Below, piece by piece: positions 29,039 through 39,088 of a stretch of 64,000 bases of DNA. Position 1 is the first letter of the stretch. Each line of letters begins with the position of its first letter. Origin of the DNA: Candidatus Microgenomates bacterium (GTDB lineage: Bacteria > Patescibacteriota > Microgenomatia > UBA8517); assembly GCA_049519355.1 (NCBI GenBank), contig JBEKQV010000001.1, positions 193 to 64,192 on the forward strand, read 5' to 3'. The position numbers and the translations under genes were made by a program. The notes beneath the pieces were generated by a model that saw nothing but the letters and a program-made list of their open reading frames with translations, did no database searches and had not been told where the DNA came from.

Positions 29039-30523
29039 CTAATGAAGAGCCGATTTACCGAGTACAAAGAAGCGCCAAATAACCGGATAATATAGATTCG
29101 AGAGAACTGTTGAAGGCACCATGGGACAAGTCTGGCTCTCACACTCAATTTCATAAGCGTTATAAACGTATTTAACGTTCCACCACATTCCTACAACAAC
29201 CACTCCTACAATAACCAGCTGCGAAATCTTTTTAAGCCAGTTTTTATTAAAGATCGTATTGGCAAGCGACGGGGTTAAAAGTGCCGAAAAAGTTAAACGG
29301 TAAGTATCGGGAGTAACATTGGGTCGAAAAGCATTAACCAAAAGTGCTCTACTTCCTAGCAAAAACCCCGAGGCAAGAAAAGAAGCAAAAAAATCGGCTC
29401 GCTCAAAAATATATTGAATTCCCCAAGCTCCCAGAATCGCCAAGAAAGGTAAAGCCGGAAAACGGTACCAAGCCAAAAGGTCGCCTTCACCGGAAGAAAG
29501 CATTACAATTATTACCCAATAAACAAAACTCAAGCTAATAAATTGTTTGAGTTTATCTTTGGGTTGAAATATAAAAAATACCGCAGATACCAAACAAAAA
29601 ACATACCAGCTGCTTTTGAAAATCGACGTACTATAACTTGGGGAAATGAAAAACCAGGACAAACTGTTAAAACCTGCGGGACGGAAACCCTGTATGGAAA
29701 TTATTCGTTTGAAAATTTCCGGGCTGAAATGAAAACCATACCAAATATAAACTGCAACAAAAGGAAGTGTTGTCAAAACTAAATAAGAAAGATTCTTAAG
29801 AATAGACTTCCACCTAACCGGCTTTTTCCTATAAAGTTCGGCAAAGACCACATAAAGACTCAAACCCAAAATGAAATAACCCGTTGGTTTGGAAAGACCT
29901 GCAATCCCAACCAAAATCGGAATCGGAGCTAGATAAATGAACTTGGTCACTTTTTGATATTTCAAAAGTAAATAAACAACTAAACAAAAAAGAAAAGCAA
30001 TTAGAGTCTCCGGCATCGCAGTTCTTGATGCAAAAACCATAATCGGTTCAGTTCCGTAAATCAGCATTGCCAGAATTCCGGTCCAGAAACCACTGACCGA
30101 ATCCGCAATCAAAAAAATCAAAACCGAAGTAAGTGCCGAAATTAGTACAACGGGAAACCTAATATAAGATGAAGGTATCCAACCGTTTCTATCTGCGTGG
30201 AATAAATGTGCTGCCTCCCCAACAAGAAGAGAGAATAAAGGCGGTTCGTCAAGCCAGGGCTTATACAAAGTTACGGATGCGGAAGGAGCTCCACCCAAAT
30301 AAGAAATTACCCCCTTAAAAACTTCCGCGCTTTTGGGATAATCGAGTGTTGACCATGAAATCGGCACCCCGGTTTCAATTAAATTTATTCCAGAAAGAGC
30401 AAAAAGCTGTTCATCCAAATGGTTTGCAGTCGGAACCCTTTCATAATTGTGGGCTCTCAAAATAAATGTAAAAAGAAAGACAATCAAGAAAACAACAATT
30501 TTAAAATTTCGTGTTTTTAACAT
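29039..30523 (-). CDS. GT-C glycosyltransferase family B
   Basis: HLDEQLFALSGINL...GVPISWS, WLDEPPL, SRTAMPE, LSK, WYRFP; paralog of 33028..34521. Confidence 0.78.
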   Translation of the reverse strand: MLKTRNFKIVVFLIVFLFTFILRAHNYERVPTANHLDEQLFALSGINLIETGVPISWSTLDYPKSAEVFKGVISYLGGAPSASVTLYKPWLDEPPLFSLLVGEAAHLFHADRNGWIPSSYIRFPVVLISALTSVLIFLIADSVSGFWTGILAMLIYGTEPIMVFASRTAMPETLIAFLFCLVVYLLLKYQKVTKFIYLAPIPILVGIAGLSKPTGYFILGLSLYVVFAELYRKKPVRWKSILKNLSYLVLTTLPFVAVYIWYGFHFSPEIFKRIISIQGFRPAGFNSLSWFFISPSYSTSIFKSSWYVFCLVSAVFFIFQPKDKLKQFISLSFVYWVIIVMLSSGEGDLLAWYRFPALPFLAILGAWGIQYIFERADFFASFLASGFLLGSRALLVNAFRPNVTPDTYRLTFSALLTPSLANTIFNKNWLKKISQLVIVGVVVVGMWWNVKYVYNAYEIECESQTCPMVPSTVLSNLYYPVIWRFFVLGKSALH

Positions 30524-30535
30524 CCTATGTTTTTA

Positions 30536-30541
30536 ATTATA
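30536..30541 (-). promoter_or_regulatory. -10 box (TATAAT) 12 nt upstream of the ATG at 30523
   Basis: Perfect TATAAT in a 37-bp intergenic gap. Confidence 0.45.
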
Positions 30542-30560
30542 CTGCTCAAAAATCCATTCT

Positions 30561-32222
30561 TCAGATCCCGTTATTACCGGAACATTTTAACTGCGGATTC
30601 GTATGGTAAACCCAAAGTACCGTATTATTATTTAAATCCTTAATTTCCTTAACTAGCGTAAAGTCATGCGCTTCGGCTTGTGCAGACGATATCGCCTGAA
30701 TATCACCGACTATATATTCATCTTTGCACTGATCAACTCCCCAACTAACTTTCCTAACATCTACGTTGCCTATAACTTTATATTTATAATAAGTTAAATC
30801 ATCGTAGTAATGATTAAGTAAGCCCAGTGGTGTTTGCGCTTGTAATTTCACCGGATCATATTTTTTATAAAAAGCCATCCATATATAAGGAGCGTCGAAT
30901 GTTTCGGAATCTAAAACAAAAGGTTGATTTTTATTCTCTTCAGTCATTTGTGCCAAAACCTGAAATGGGTATCCGAAATAAACTGAGCGTTCATACTTCA
31001 GAAAAATAAAATAACATACATAAAAGTTAAAACCTGAAATTAGAAGCAAAAATGCCGCCAATAAAATTTTTCGATAATTAAATTTTACCGCATCAAAAAT
31101 CGACTTAAGACCAAAAGCTATCATTAAAGTCATTCCCCATAAAAGCGGTAACATCCTTAATGTGTAAAAAGGGTCCCCAGTGACAGCTTCCGGTATGGGA
31201 CCGATTATCAATAATAAAAATATAATTTGAATTAGAGGCTTTGATTTTTCTTCCCAGAGCTGAGCAAACCCGATGAAAAAAGGTATTATCATCCATATAT
31301 AAAAAACACTTAAATCAGGAATCGAACGGAACAGCTGCGGCTCCGGCTCAAAAAACAAGCTTCTGGGCGAAAAATCCGAAAGATACTGACTTGTAAATTG
31401 CCTAGCTATATACAAAGGCCAACCTAAAAAAACCGGTAATTTATCTAAAGAACCTCCATATTTCAGAAAAGTACTTTCCTGCGTATACCCTTGTGTTTGG
31501 TACCTGATCAAGGAACCTACATGTTGAAGCGCTGTAAATTGCGGCAACATAACAATTACTAAGAGCGCAAAACCAGTGGCAACCAGCTTTTTAGATTTCA
31601 AAAATATTTTTCTATTGATAAAAACGAAGACTGCCGGAAATAGTATACCCGTAATTCGCTGGCCGGCATAAGCATAAGAGGCAATTCCAAAAATAGCGCA
31701 AGCAACCGCAAAAAACCATCTCTTTTTTAACGACAAAATTAAAAATAGAATACCGACTGCGGTTATTGCCAAGCCTAAATTGGATCCTACCGCCACACGG
31801 CTTTGGTAAATCGCCCAAGGTGCAAGTGCTACCATAAGGCTGGAAAGAAGTCCCAAACACAATTTATTTTTAAGATCCGAATAATAAAAAAGTAAAAAAG
31901 TAACCATAATAACAATTAATCCTGAAATCACCGACACCAAGCGTGTTGAAAAAATACTTAAACCAAGAAAGTAAATAGGAATGATACTAAAATAGCCGTA
32001 AAGGGAATCCTGAAAGGTTGAAAAGGCTCTGAAATATATCGGCCAGCTTTTACCAAACTCATCCTTTCCCGTTAACAAAATCGAATAAGCATTATAACCC
32101 AGCGACGCTTCATCTGTGTAAACACCAGCCGGAACTTGGCCCAATTTATAAAGCCTGATAAAACTCGCAGCCCCTAAGATCAGAGCAAATAATACTATTG
32201 TAAGAACCTTTTTTGATTTCAT
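30561..32222 (-). CDS. GT-C glycosyltransferase family A
   Basis: PAGVYTDEASLGYNAYSILLTGKDEFG, APW...SR, APYIW. Confidence 0.85.
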   Translation of the reverse strand: MKSKKVLTIVLFALILGAASFIRLYKLGQVPAGVYTDEASLGYNAYSILLTGKDEFGKSWPIYFRAFSTFQDSLYGYFSIIPIYFLGLSIFSTRLVSVISGLIVIMVTFLLFYYSDLKNKLCLGLLSSLMVALAPWAIYQSRVAVGSNLGLAITAVGILFLILSLKKRWFFAVACAIFGIASYAYAGQRITGILFPAVFVFINRKIFLKSKKLVATGFALLVIVMLPQFTALQHVGSLIRYQTQGYTQESTFLKYGGSLDKLPVFLGWPLYIARQFTSQYLSDFSPRSLFFEPEPQLFRSIPDLSVFYIWMIIPFFIGFAQLWEEKSKPLIQIIFLLLIIGPIPEAVTGDPFYTLRMLPLLWGMTLMIAFGLKSIFDAVKFNYRKILLAAFLLLISGFNFYVCYFIFLKYERSVYFGYPFQVLAQMTEENKNQPFVLDSETFDAPYIWMAFYKKYDPVKLQAQTPLGLLNHYYDDLTYYKYKVIGNVDVRKVSWGVDQCKDEYIVGDIQAISSAQAEAHDFTLVKEIKDLNNNTVLWVYHTNPQLKCSGNNGI

Positions 32223-32935
32223 TTTTTAAACAAAAGTTTTATTTTTGGTATTGATGCGGTCAGTCCTAAATAAAGAACAATATTCATAAACGGAAACATC
32301 AGTACCGGACCGGGATTATATGCAGGACTGAGAAAACCGGTAAGTACCAACGCAAACAAGAAATATGCAATCAAGAATAAATATTGCCGATAATAAATTA
32401 TTAAAAATAATATTCCGATAACAAAAAGGGGCAAAACAAAAGGAGAATATTTATTAGTCTCAACAATACCTGCCTTTTCTCTAGGGTGACTTTGGAAGAA
32501 ATACAGATTGGGATCCAAGGTATAAAAAACATTTCGCAAATATTTACCGGCACCCAAATTAAAATCTAAATAATAATGTTGGGCATACCTATTTGTAAAA
32601 ATTATTCCGAGGCCATTAGCTAAAATTCCATGTCTCTCATTAAGAACATTTATTTCGGTTGGTGAATTGGTTAACAGGGTTTTATCAAATTTATTTCTCA
32701 AGATAAAACCGCAAGCCATTGTTAAAAGTAAAACCGAGATCAAGATGGCATCCCTCCAATGTTTTCTTAGTTCTTTCAGCGTAATCAAAACAAAAATCCC
32801 AAACTCAATAATTAATAAAACAATACTTATGACGAGGTTACTTAAAAGTATTTGCCAAATCCAATAATTTGCTAAGGTAAGAATTAGCAGATATAGACAT
32901 TTCTTGTAAAAATTACGCGGCTTGGGTAATCTCAT
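32219..32935 (-). CDS. Short multi-TM protein resembling the C-terminal membrane half of family A GT-Cs (no DE motif)
   Basis: YLRNVFYTLDPNLYFF..HPR resembles family A NYL.Y.DPNFLF..G..PR. Probable ATG at 32935 (track start 32971 is TTG). Confidence 0.55.
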   Translation of the reverse strand: MRLPKPRNFYKKCLYLLILTLANYWIWQILLSNLVISIVLLIIEFGIFVLITLKELRKHWRDAILISVLLLTMACGFILRNKFDKTLLTNSPTEINVLNERHGILANGLGIIFTNRYAQHYYLDFNLGAGKYLRNVFYTLDPNLYFFQSHPREKAGIVETNKYSPFVLPLFVIGILFLIIYYRQYLFLIAYFLFALVLTGFLSPAYNPGPVLMFPFMNIVLYLGLTASIPKIKLLFKK

Positions 32936-32976
32936 CACATTACGATATACCCAATCGATATAAATCTGCAACTTAT

Positions 32977-33017
32977 TATCATTGCTGATTTTAGTAAATC
33001 ATCGCAATTGATATACT
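32977..33017. promoter_or_regulatory. Divergent promoter region with imperfect inverted repeat and extended -10 (TGATATACT, + strand, 33009..33017)
   Basis: tatcattgc-tgattt-tagt-aaatca-tc-gcaattgata; the -10 lies 10 nt before ATG 33028. Confidence 0.5.
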
Positions 33018-33027
33018 ATGTTTTGTA

Positions 33028-34521
33028 ATGAAACGGATATTTATACTCCTTTGCGTCTTTCTTTCCGCATTCGTTATTTACTTTTTTGCTAAAGACAGGT
33101 GGTTGGGCTACGCAACAATTCCAAATAACAAAATCTTTGACGAAAGAGATTATGCTCTTCAAGGAATAAGTTTAAGAACCAGCGGAGTACCTATTGGCTG
33201 GTCTATATATGGCGAGTACACAAAGATGCCCACAAGCGTACACTCCACCGGTCTCTCGGGATTTTCAATACTCGTAAACAACGTTAAACCAACTTTTTCC
33301 AATCTAAAAGGTTTTCCCTACCCTGTTTTTACAATCAATCAATTCGATTTTGGATTTGGCACCCAATACTTAAAGTTCGTTCAGCCTTTTCTCGATCATC
33401 CGCCATTCGGCGGTTTAATCTACAGTCTCGGCATTCCCAAGACCGCAAAAAGCTTTTTGGACATCAAACCAGCCGATTACCGAAAGCCAGCTCTTTATTT
33501 AGCCATTATTACCAGTATTTTACTCTTCGCATTGGTTTTCCAGACTTTTGAAAATCCATTCATCTCAACACTTAGCATTATTGTCTACAATTCAGTACCC
33601 ACCTACATACTCGTAACCAGATACGCGCTTTTGGAAAACGTAGTCGCTCCTTTTGCGCTTCTGATGCTTAATTTATTACTTTTAGCCCATCGTTATAACA
33701 AAAAAAGAAAAACATCTTTACTTCTTCTTATCATTTCCGGGCTAATAGCCGGTCTAACTATTTTGGCGAAAGAGTCTGGGGCCGGATTTTTGTTAGGAGG
33801 AATAATTCTACTCATCATCCACAAGACTAGTAAGTTAAAACTATTTTCGTACTTGGGGGCAGCTTTAGTACCTATTACTACCTATGTAGTCTGGGGGTTG
33901 TGGTTTTTCCCCTCACTCTTTGGGAAGATTTTTATTTTTAATTCCAGTACGTCATTTTTGGGATCTCTAAATTTCATAAAAATATTCCCAGGGGCCGGCT
34001 TTCAAGACTTTCCCTTTGATGGCTGGTGGATTTGGGGTTTCATATCGATCATCTTCTTAGTTTACCTCGGAAAAAAGACGGCAATTCCTCTAACCGTTCC
34101 GTTTCTCTGCAGTCTGTTTACAGTCCTATTCTTTACGAGTGTAAATTATCCCTGGTATTATTTTGCGCTGATTCCATTTTTAGCAGCAGCCTCGGGTTAT
34201 GCCCTCTGGAAATTAATTACCGATCCGGATCCAATTCTCCTGGGAACTTTCTTTCTATTCGCACTGTCAAGTAGTTTCTATTGGGGTTACACGGTTTTTC
34301 ATCTTCCACCAAGTAGTTTGGTTTATAGAGTGTTAATTGCATTCTTTACACTTGCGGGGACGTTAAGAATAATCTTTCCGAAGAAAAAGATTATTACCAC
34401 CGGTTGGGCAATCGTATTTTGTATATTAATTTTCGAGGTGGTGAAATGGAACAACTTCTCAATTTTATATATAATTGCCAACTGGGGAAAGCTGGCAATT
34501 CCCAGCTTTCCACTTCTTTAA
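33028..34521 (+). CDS. GT-C glycosyltransferase family B
   Basis: IFDERDYALQGISL...GVPIGWS, FLDHPPF, TRYALLE, LAK, PWYYF. Confidence 0.78.
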   Translation: MKRIFILLCVFLSAFVIYFFAKDRWLGYATIPNNKIFDERDYALQGISLRTSGVPIGWSIYGEYTKMPTSVHSTGLSGFSILVNNVKPTFSNLKGFPYPVFTINQFDFGFGTQYLKFVQPFLDHPPFGGLIYSLGIPKTAKSFLDIKPADYRKPALYLAIITSILLFALVFQTFENPFISTLSIIVYNSVPTYILVTRYALLENVVAPFALLMLNLLLLAHRYNKKRKTSLLLLIISGLIAGLTILAKESGAGFLLGGIILLIIHKTSKLKLFSYLGAALVPITTYVVWGLWFFPSLFGKIFIFNSSTSFLGSLNFIKIFPGAGFQDFPFDGWWIWGFISIIFLVYLGKKTAIPLTVPFLCSLFTVLFFTSVNYPWYYFALIPFLAAASGYALWKLITDPDPILLGTFFLFALSSSFYWGYTVFHLPPSSLVYRVLIAFFTLAGTLRIIFPKKKIITTGWAIVFCILIFEVVKWNNFSILYIIANWGKLAIPSFPLL

Positions 34522-34528
34522 AGAAGTG
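34511..34528. promoter_or_regulatory. Perfect 18-bp palindrome CACTTCTTTAAAGAAGTG (possible operator or hairpin)
   Basis: Self-complementary; spans the stop codon of 33028..34521 and abuts TAATAT (34529..34534), 14 nt before ATG 34549. Confidence 0.4.
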
Positions 34529-34548
34529 TAATATTAAGTATCAGATCA

Positions 34549-35712
34549 ATGAAAAAGATAACCAACACGCATCTTTTGATTACAGTACTACTCGTAATCA
34601 ATTTACTTTTCGTAATATTTATCCAAAAGAGCCTTTATCCTATTCACCTGGTCCCACAAAACTTCTTTATTAGTGATTTGGTTGGCAAAATCATATATCT
34701 TCCAAGTGTATTAATCTACCTTTTCGAACTCGGAAATTTAATCCTACTCTGGTTAATAGCCAAGAAATTCTATAATGGATATTTTGCACTAATTCCTCCC
34801 GCAATTTATGCAATTTCCCCTTGGAACAGCTACCTAACCGCAACAGGTTCTTTTTACATATTCCTTCTTTTTATAATATTGATCGTTACTTATTCCCTAT
34901 TGTTAATCAAAGAAAATAAAAATTTGCCAGGTGTAATTTTACTCACAGTTTCATCCGTAATTGCTGTTTACAGTTCATTCTTCTTCCTGGTTTTAATCCC
35001 TATGATTATCGGATTAATCATCATACTTAAATTTATTCCGCTTAAAAATTTAAAGGTTCCGATTATTCTAACCGTATTACTTATCACCCCACTTCTTTTT
35101 ACAATCTATAAAAATCATCTTTCCTTTAAAAATATTGCACAAAATCAAATACGGATTTTTGCGGATCCGGGGCTAATTAATACAGCTAACAGTTTCCAGG
35201 GAGAAGCCAGAGAAGAGAATTTCGGAACATTGGCAAGAATCTCTGAAAACAAATATTTTTTCATGGGAGAATATTTATTATTAAAACTCAGTCAACAAGT
35301 AGCTCCGACAACTTCTTTTACTTCTCAAGAAATGCTTTTGAATTTTTCTTTCAGCTCCCCTATTTTCTTGGGCTTTCTTATACCTTTCTTTTATGGAATT
35401 TATATATTACTTAAATCGGATAGCGCCAGAAAAATTATTTTTATTTCGGGACTGCTGATGTTCCCTTCGGTTTTGGCTAAGCAACCCGTAGATCTCAACC
35501 GATTGGTTATTTTTATGCCCATTATTGTTTTTATTATTTCCTACGGGATAGTTAAACTTATTGAACAAAAAAACAAAAAAATGGTTTACATTGTAATTTT
35601 TTCAGTATTAGTATTTCTTCAGGTACTGATTACAGTTTCCGATATTAAGCTTAGAGAAAAAGACAGATTTATCCAGTATTTCGGCCAAAACTATGAAGTA
35701 AAAGAACAATGA
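34549..35712 (+). CDS. Degenerate family A GT-C homolog lacking the DE loop and C-terminal soluble domain
   Basis: Retains AISPW, IFADPGLI...LARI.EN (cf. NDPGLI...LTRLIYN in 27345) and DLNR, but has no PPSL.DE loop. Confidence 0.62.
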   Translation: MKKITNTHLLITVLLVINLLFVIFIQKSLYPIHLVPQNFFISDLVGKIIYLPSVLIYLFELGNLILLWLIAKKFYNGYFALIPPAIYAISPWNSYLTATGSFYIFLLFIILIVTYSLLLIKENKNLPGVILLTVSSVIAVYSSFFFLVLIPMIIGLIIILKFIPLKNLKVPIILTVLLITPLLFTIYKNHLSFKNIAQNQIRIFADPGLINTANSFQGEAREENFGTLARISENKYFFMGEYLLLKLSQQVAPTTSFTSQEMLLNFSFSSPIFLGFLIPFFYGIYILLKSDSARKIIFISGLLMFPSVLAKQPVDLNRLVIFMPIIVFIISYGIVKLIEQKNKKMVYIVIFSVLVFLQVLITVSDIKLREKDRFIQYFGQNYEVKEQ

Positions 35713-37364
35713 CGACCATAAAAAAAACAATTTTAGTATTTATCTGTTTACTTTTTATTACAATTCTCGGAGGATTTTTGAGATTTTATAAAAATACTTC
35801 AAATCCTCCAAGTTTAAATGGTGATGAAATCTCGTTCGGTTACTCCGCTTATTCTGTTTTAAAAACGGGAAGAGATGAATTCGGAGTTTTTCTTCCTCTA
35901 GTTTTCAAGTCAGTCGGCGATTACAAAAATCCAGTTCCTGCATATCTAATGATTTTGCCAATTAAGTTTTTGGGGTTAACCGATTTCGCCGTAAGACTCC
36001 CCAATGCAATCTTCGGAACAATAGCCATACCGATTTTCTTCTTCTTTCTGATGTATATTCTTAAGAATAAAAAAATCGCTCTTCTAGGGTCTTTCCTTAT
36101 GGCAATTTCTGCCTGGTGGATATTTTATTCCAGATACGCATATGAATCATTAATCGCGAGCATTTTTGCTTTAATCGGAATCTGGTTTTACATGAAACTT
36201 CTGGATGATATAAAGGAAAAGAAATATCTTTTTCTTTCGGTCTTTTTCCTCATTCTAACGATGTATACTGCTTTTGCCCAAAGATTATTTATCCCTGTTT
36301 TTGTGGCCGGAATAACGGTATTCAATTTTAGGAAGTTCAAAGGCAATTATAAAACCTTTATAGTATTTTTGATAACTTGCGTACTTCTCGCCCTTCCCCT
36401 TGCATATGTAACTCTCTTCAAGGAAGCCGGAACCAGGTTGACGATGGTTCTGATCAGTAATGATATTGAATTTAGCCGGTACGTTCTTCTTAAAAATTTC
36501 GGCTCGGTAAAAGATCTGGCACTTCTGGCGCTCTTTTGGGCAAAAAGATATCTAAATTATCTTGATCCCAATTTCCTCTTCTTCAATGGCATGCACATGA
36601 CCACTCTGGATAGTTTCGGATTGGGACTTATGTATCCATTTGAAATACCTTGGTTAATACTCGGTATTTTCTCGTTTATAAAAAAGAAAATCCCCCATAA
36701 AGACGTTTTTGTAATCTGGCTCTTAACCGGAATTATTCCCGATTCTCTCACAAATAATCAACAGCAGGCAGGAAGACTTCTTCATATCTCTTTTATTGTA
36801 ATTCTGGTTGTGGCCCTTGGTTTAATAGAATTTGTTAAATGGATTCTCAAAATAAAAGATAACTTAACCAAAATATTAGTCGCGGGAGCTTACATAGTAT
36901 TTATAATACTCATTCTTATACACGCATTTCTAACCTTTTCGGTGCATTTCCCAAGAGCTAAAGGTGAAAGCTACGATGAAGGCTTGAAACAAGTCTCCCT
37001 ATATGTAACCCAGCATCAAAGCCAATATAAAGAAATCATGTTCGACACACGTCATGGCGTTGACGGACCCAGCATGATAAGCAATCCCTACCTTTATCTT
37101 CTTTTTTATTCAAAATACGACCCGAAAACATACCAAACCGAGACGAGGATCTACGGAAGCGCCGCAAATCCTTATTACCATTTCGACAAATACACCTTCA
37201 CTTATATCAATTGGCCCGTCGACTCGCTTAAGCCCGACACCTTGTTTGTAGCAAGCCCATGGAGTTTCCCGTCAGATTTACACGGAGTCAAGATTCTTGA
37301 CACTATCTACTTAACCAACGGCCACATTGCTTACTATATAGCGGTTCCTGCAAAGAAACCTTAA
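35709..37364 (+). CDS. GT-C glycosyltransferase family A
   Basis: PPSLNGDEISFGYSAYSVLKTGRDEFG, GDYKNP, VRLP, ISAW...SR.AYE, NPYLY. Confidence 0.85.
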   Translation: MTTIKKTILVFICLLFITILGGFLRFYKNTSNPPSLNGDEISFGYSAYSVLKTGRDEFGVFLPLVFKSVGDYKNPVPAYLMILPIKFLGLTDFAVRLPNAIFGTIAIPIFFFFLMYILKNKKIALLGSFLMAISAWWIFYSRYAYESLIASIFALIGIWFYMKLLDDIKEKKYLFLSVFFLILTMYTAFAQRLFIPVFVAGITVFNFRKFKGNYKTFIVFLITCVLLALPLAYVTLFKEAGTRLTMVLISNDIEFSRYVLLKNFGSVKDLALLALFWAKRYLNYLDPNFLFFNGMHMTTLDSFGLGLMYPFEIPWLILGIFSFIKKKIPHKDVFVIWLLTGIIPDSLTNNQQQAGRLLHISFIVILVVALGLIEFVKWILKIKDNLTKILVAGAYIVFIILILIHAFLTFSVHFPRAKGESYDEGLKQVSLYVTQHQSQYKEIMFDTRHGVDGPSMISNPYLYLLFYSKYDPKTYQTETRIYGSAANPYYHFDKYTFTYINWPVDSLKPDTLFVASPWSFPSDLHGVKILDTIYLTNGHIAYYIAVPAKKP

Positions 37365-39088
37365 ACCTTTTTGGTTAGAAGAAAAAATGCAGGGTCCCCT
37401 GAAGGATAATAAATAATCTTTATAAGTTGGATATTACTTGGTAATCTTGCGGGATTCGTCGCTAGATCAGAAGGAAGCTCCTTAAAAGGGGCCAGATAAA
37501 GTGTGTTTTCAGGAAGAACGTTGCCAAGATCGTAAAGGTTGACCGAATTTCCCACTGGAGGAAATAAAAATTTTCCCTCTTCAATCATTGAACCAAATCC
37601 CGGAAGACTCACGGTATGACTTACCCCGTCTTTCTGAAATTCGCTTGGCGGATATTCCGACCAAGCCAAAAAGTATTTCAAGGATGGCTCATCCGCACTG
37701 CTAATAATTACCTCATTGTATTTCTTCGATTCTGAAACGGCCAAAGTTATGGCCTCTTGGTATCCTGCCTGCCAAAATTTTTCAGAATCCCAAGGATAAT
37801 GTACAAAAAAGTAATGAACGTAGTTGAAGAAACTCCAAATCAATATAACGCTTATTGCCGACGCCCAAACCAACTTGGTCTTACCTTTAAGTATTCTATA
37901 TACACACACCATTCCGAGACTGGCGAGAACTATAAGCGGAAAAATCAGCAAAAATTGTCTTGTTGCATGGTTTCCGCCATCCTGTGTCAAGTCCCCCGGG
38001 ATGGGGCCGGCAAGTAGAAGAAATAAAATTGTAAATTTCTCATTATTTTGAATTTCTTTTTGTTTTGTTAATAAGAAGTATAACCCGGCAAGAACAAGAA
38101 CAGATTCGATAATATAAAATCCTCCGGAAGCTGATGAATTTTGGCGCGGCGAAGGATCTCCTTTTACGAATAAGAAATCCCCCGATAAAGATTCAAAATA
38201 ATTATTAATAAAAATATTGCCGAAAACTATAATTTTGTTATGAAAAACTTTTTGCAAAACAGAACTAGCCGATATTCCCCCCATTTCCGTATCTCTTACG
38301 CGATTCGCTCCAATTTCACCGATTATGGTTGGCCGGTTAAATATTGAGATTGAATCAAATCTTGCGGACCCTTCTCCAAAGACTGTGTCAATTGCAAATG
38401 GAACCGTAATAATAAGAAAAACTACGGAACATATAATTAAATATTTTTTCTTAATCTTAAAAATATCTTTGTGCCAAATTAAAGCTAAGGCAATAACAGT
38501 TATAGGTAAAAATAACTTTGCGGTACTATATATCCACGGAGTAAAACCCAAAAGTATTGCTGATGGAATAAGCCACAAATTCTTTTTCAAACCGTATAGA
38601 AAAAACAAAATTCCGGCAAAAAAAAAGGTATAGAGCATAGTTGCCTCAAACCCTGCTCTGGAGTAAAGAATGTGCCAAGGCAGAATTGCTAAAAGAACTG
38701 TAGAAATGAGAGCCATATATTTATTCCGTGTTAATTCTTTGACCAGAAAATAAGTAACTAAAATACCGAGTATTCCGAAGATCGCTGCAGGAAGGCGCAC
38801 TCCGTAGGGTGATATGCCAAAAATAGCAACTGTGGAAGTAGAGGCGTAAATATATAAAGGCGCTCGCCATTCCGCTAAAGACTGAATATCAATAGGGAGA
38901 AGATGGCCCGAGTAATCCCTTCCTGTCTTAAGAATAGAAAGTGCTTGGTAACCCACATCCAATTCATCGCCGAAAAGTGAGACCGGATTTTTGTCTATCT
39001 TGTATAATCTTAAAAAAGATCCTAAAAAGAGAGTGAGAATCAGGGCAATTAATACAAATCTTCTATTTTTAATTATTTTGCCCATCAT
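37361..39088 (-). CDS. GT-C glycosyltransferase family A
   Basis: PVSLFGDELDVGYQALSILKTGRD, VRLPAA, PWH..SRAGFE, GDPSPR, NHATR, WQAG. Confidence 0.85.
   Translation of the reverse strand: MMGKIIKNRRFVLIALILTLFLGSFLRLYKIDKNPVSLFGDELDVGYQALSILKTGRDYSGHLLPIDIQSLAEWRAPLYIYASTSTVAIFGISPYGVRLPAAIFGILGILVTYFLVKELTRNKYMALISTVLLAILPWHILYSRAGFEATMLYTFFFAGILFFLYGLKKNLWLIPSAILLGFTPWIYSTAKLFLPITVIALALIWHKDIFKIKKKYLIICSVVFLIITVPFAIDTVFGEGSARFDSISIFNRPTIIGEIGANRVRDTEMGGISASSVLQKVFHNKIIVFGNIFINNYFESLSGDFLFVKGDPSPRQNSSASGGFYIIESVLVLAGLYFLLTKQKEIQNNEKFTILFLLLAGPIPGDLTQDGGNHATRQFLLIFPLIVLASLGMVCVYRILKGKTKLVWASAISVILIWSFFNYVHYFFVHYPWDSEKFWQAGYQEAITLAVSESKKYNEVIISSADEPSLKYFLAWSEYPPSEFQKDGVSHTVSLPGFGSMIEEGKFLFPPVGNSVNLYDLGNVLPENTLYLAPFKELPSDLATNPARLPSNIQLIKIIYYPSGDPAFFLLTKKV

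Noticed and set aside
33028-37364. Actively invertible (shufflon-like) segment
   Set aside because: No matching inverted repeats seen at the two ends, no recombinase, and the right junction is an overlap of two stop codons.
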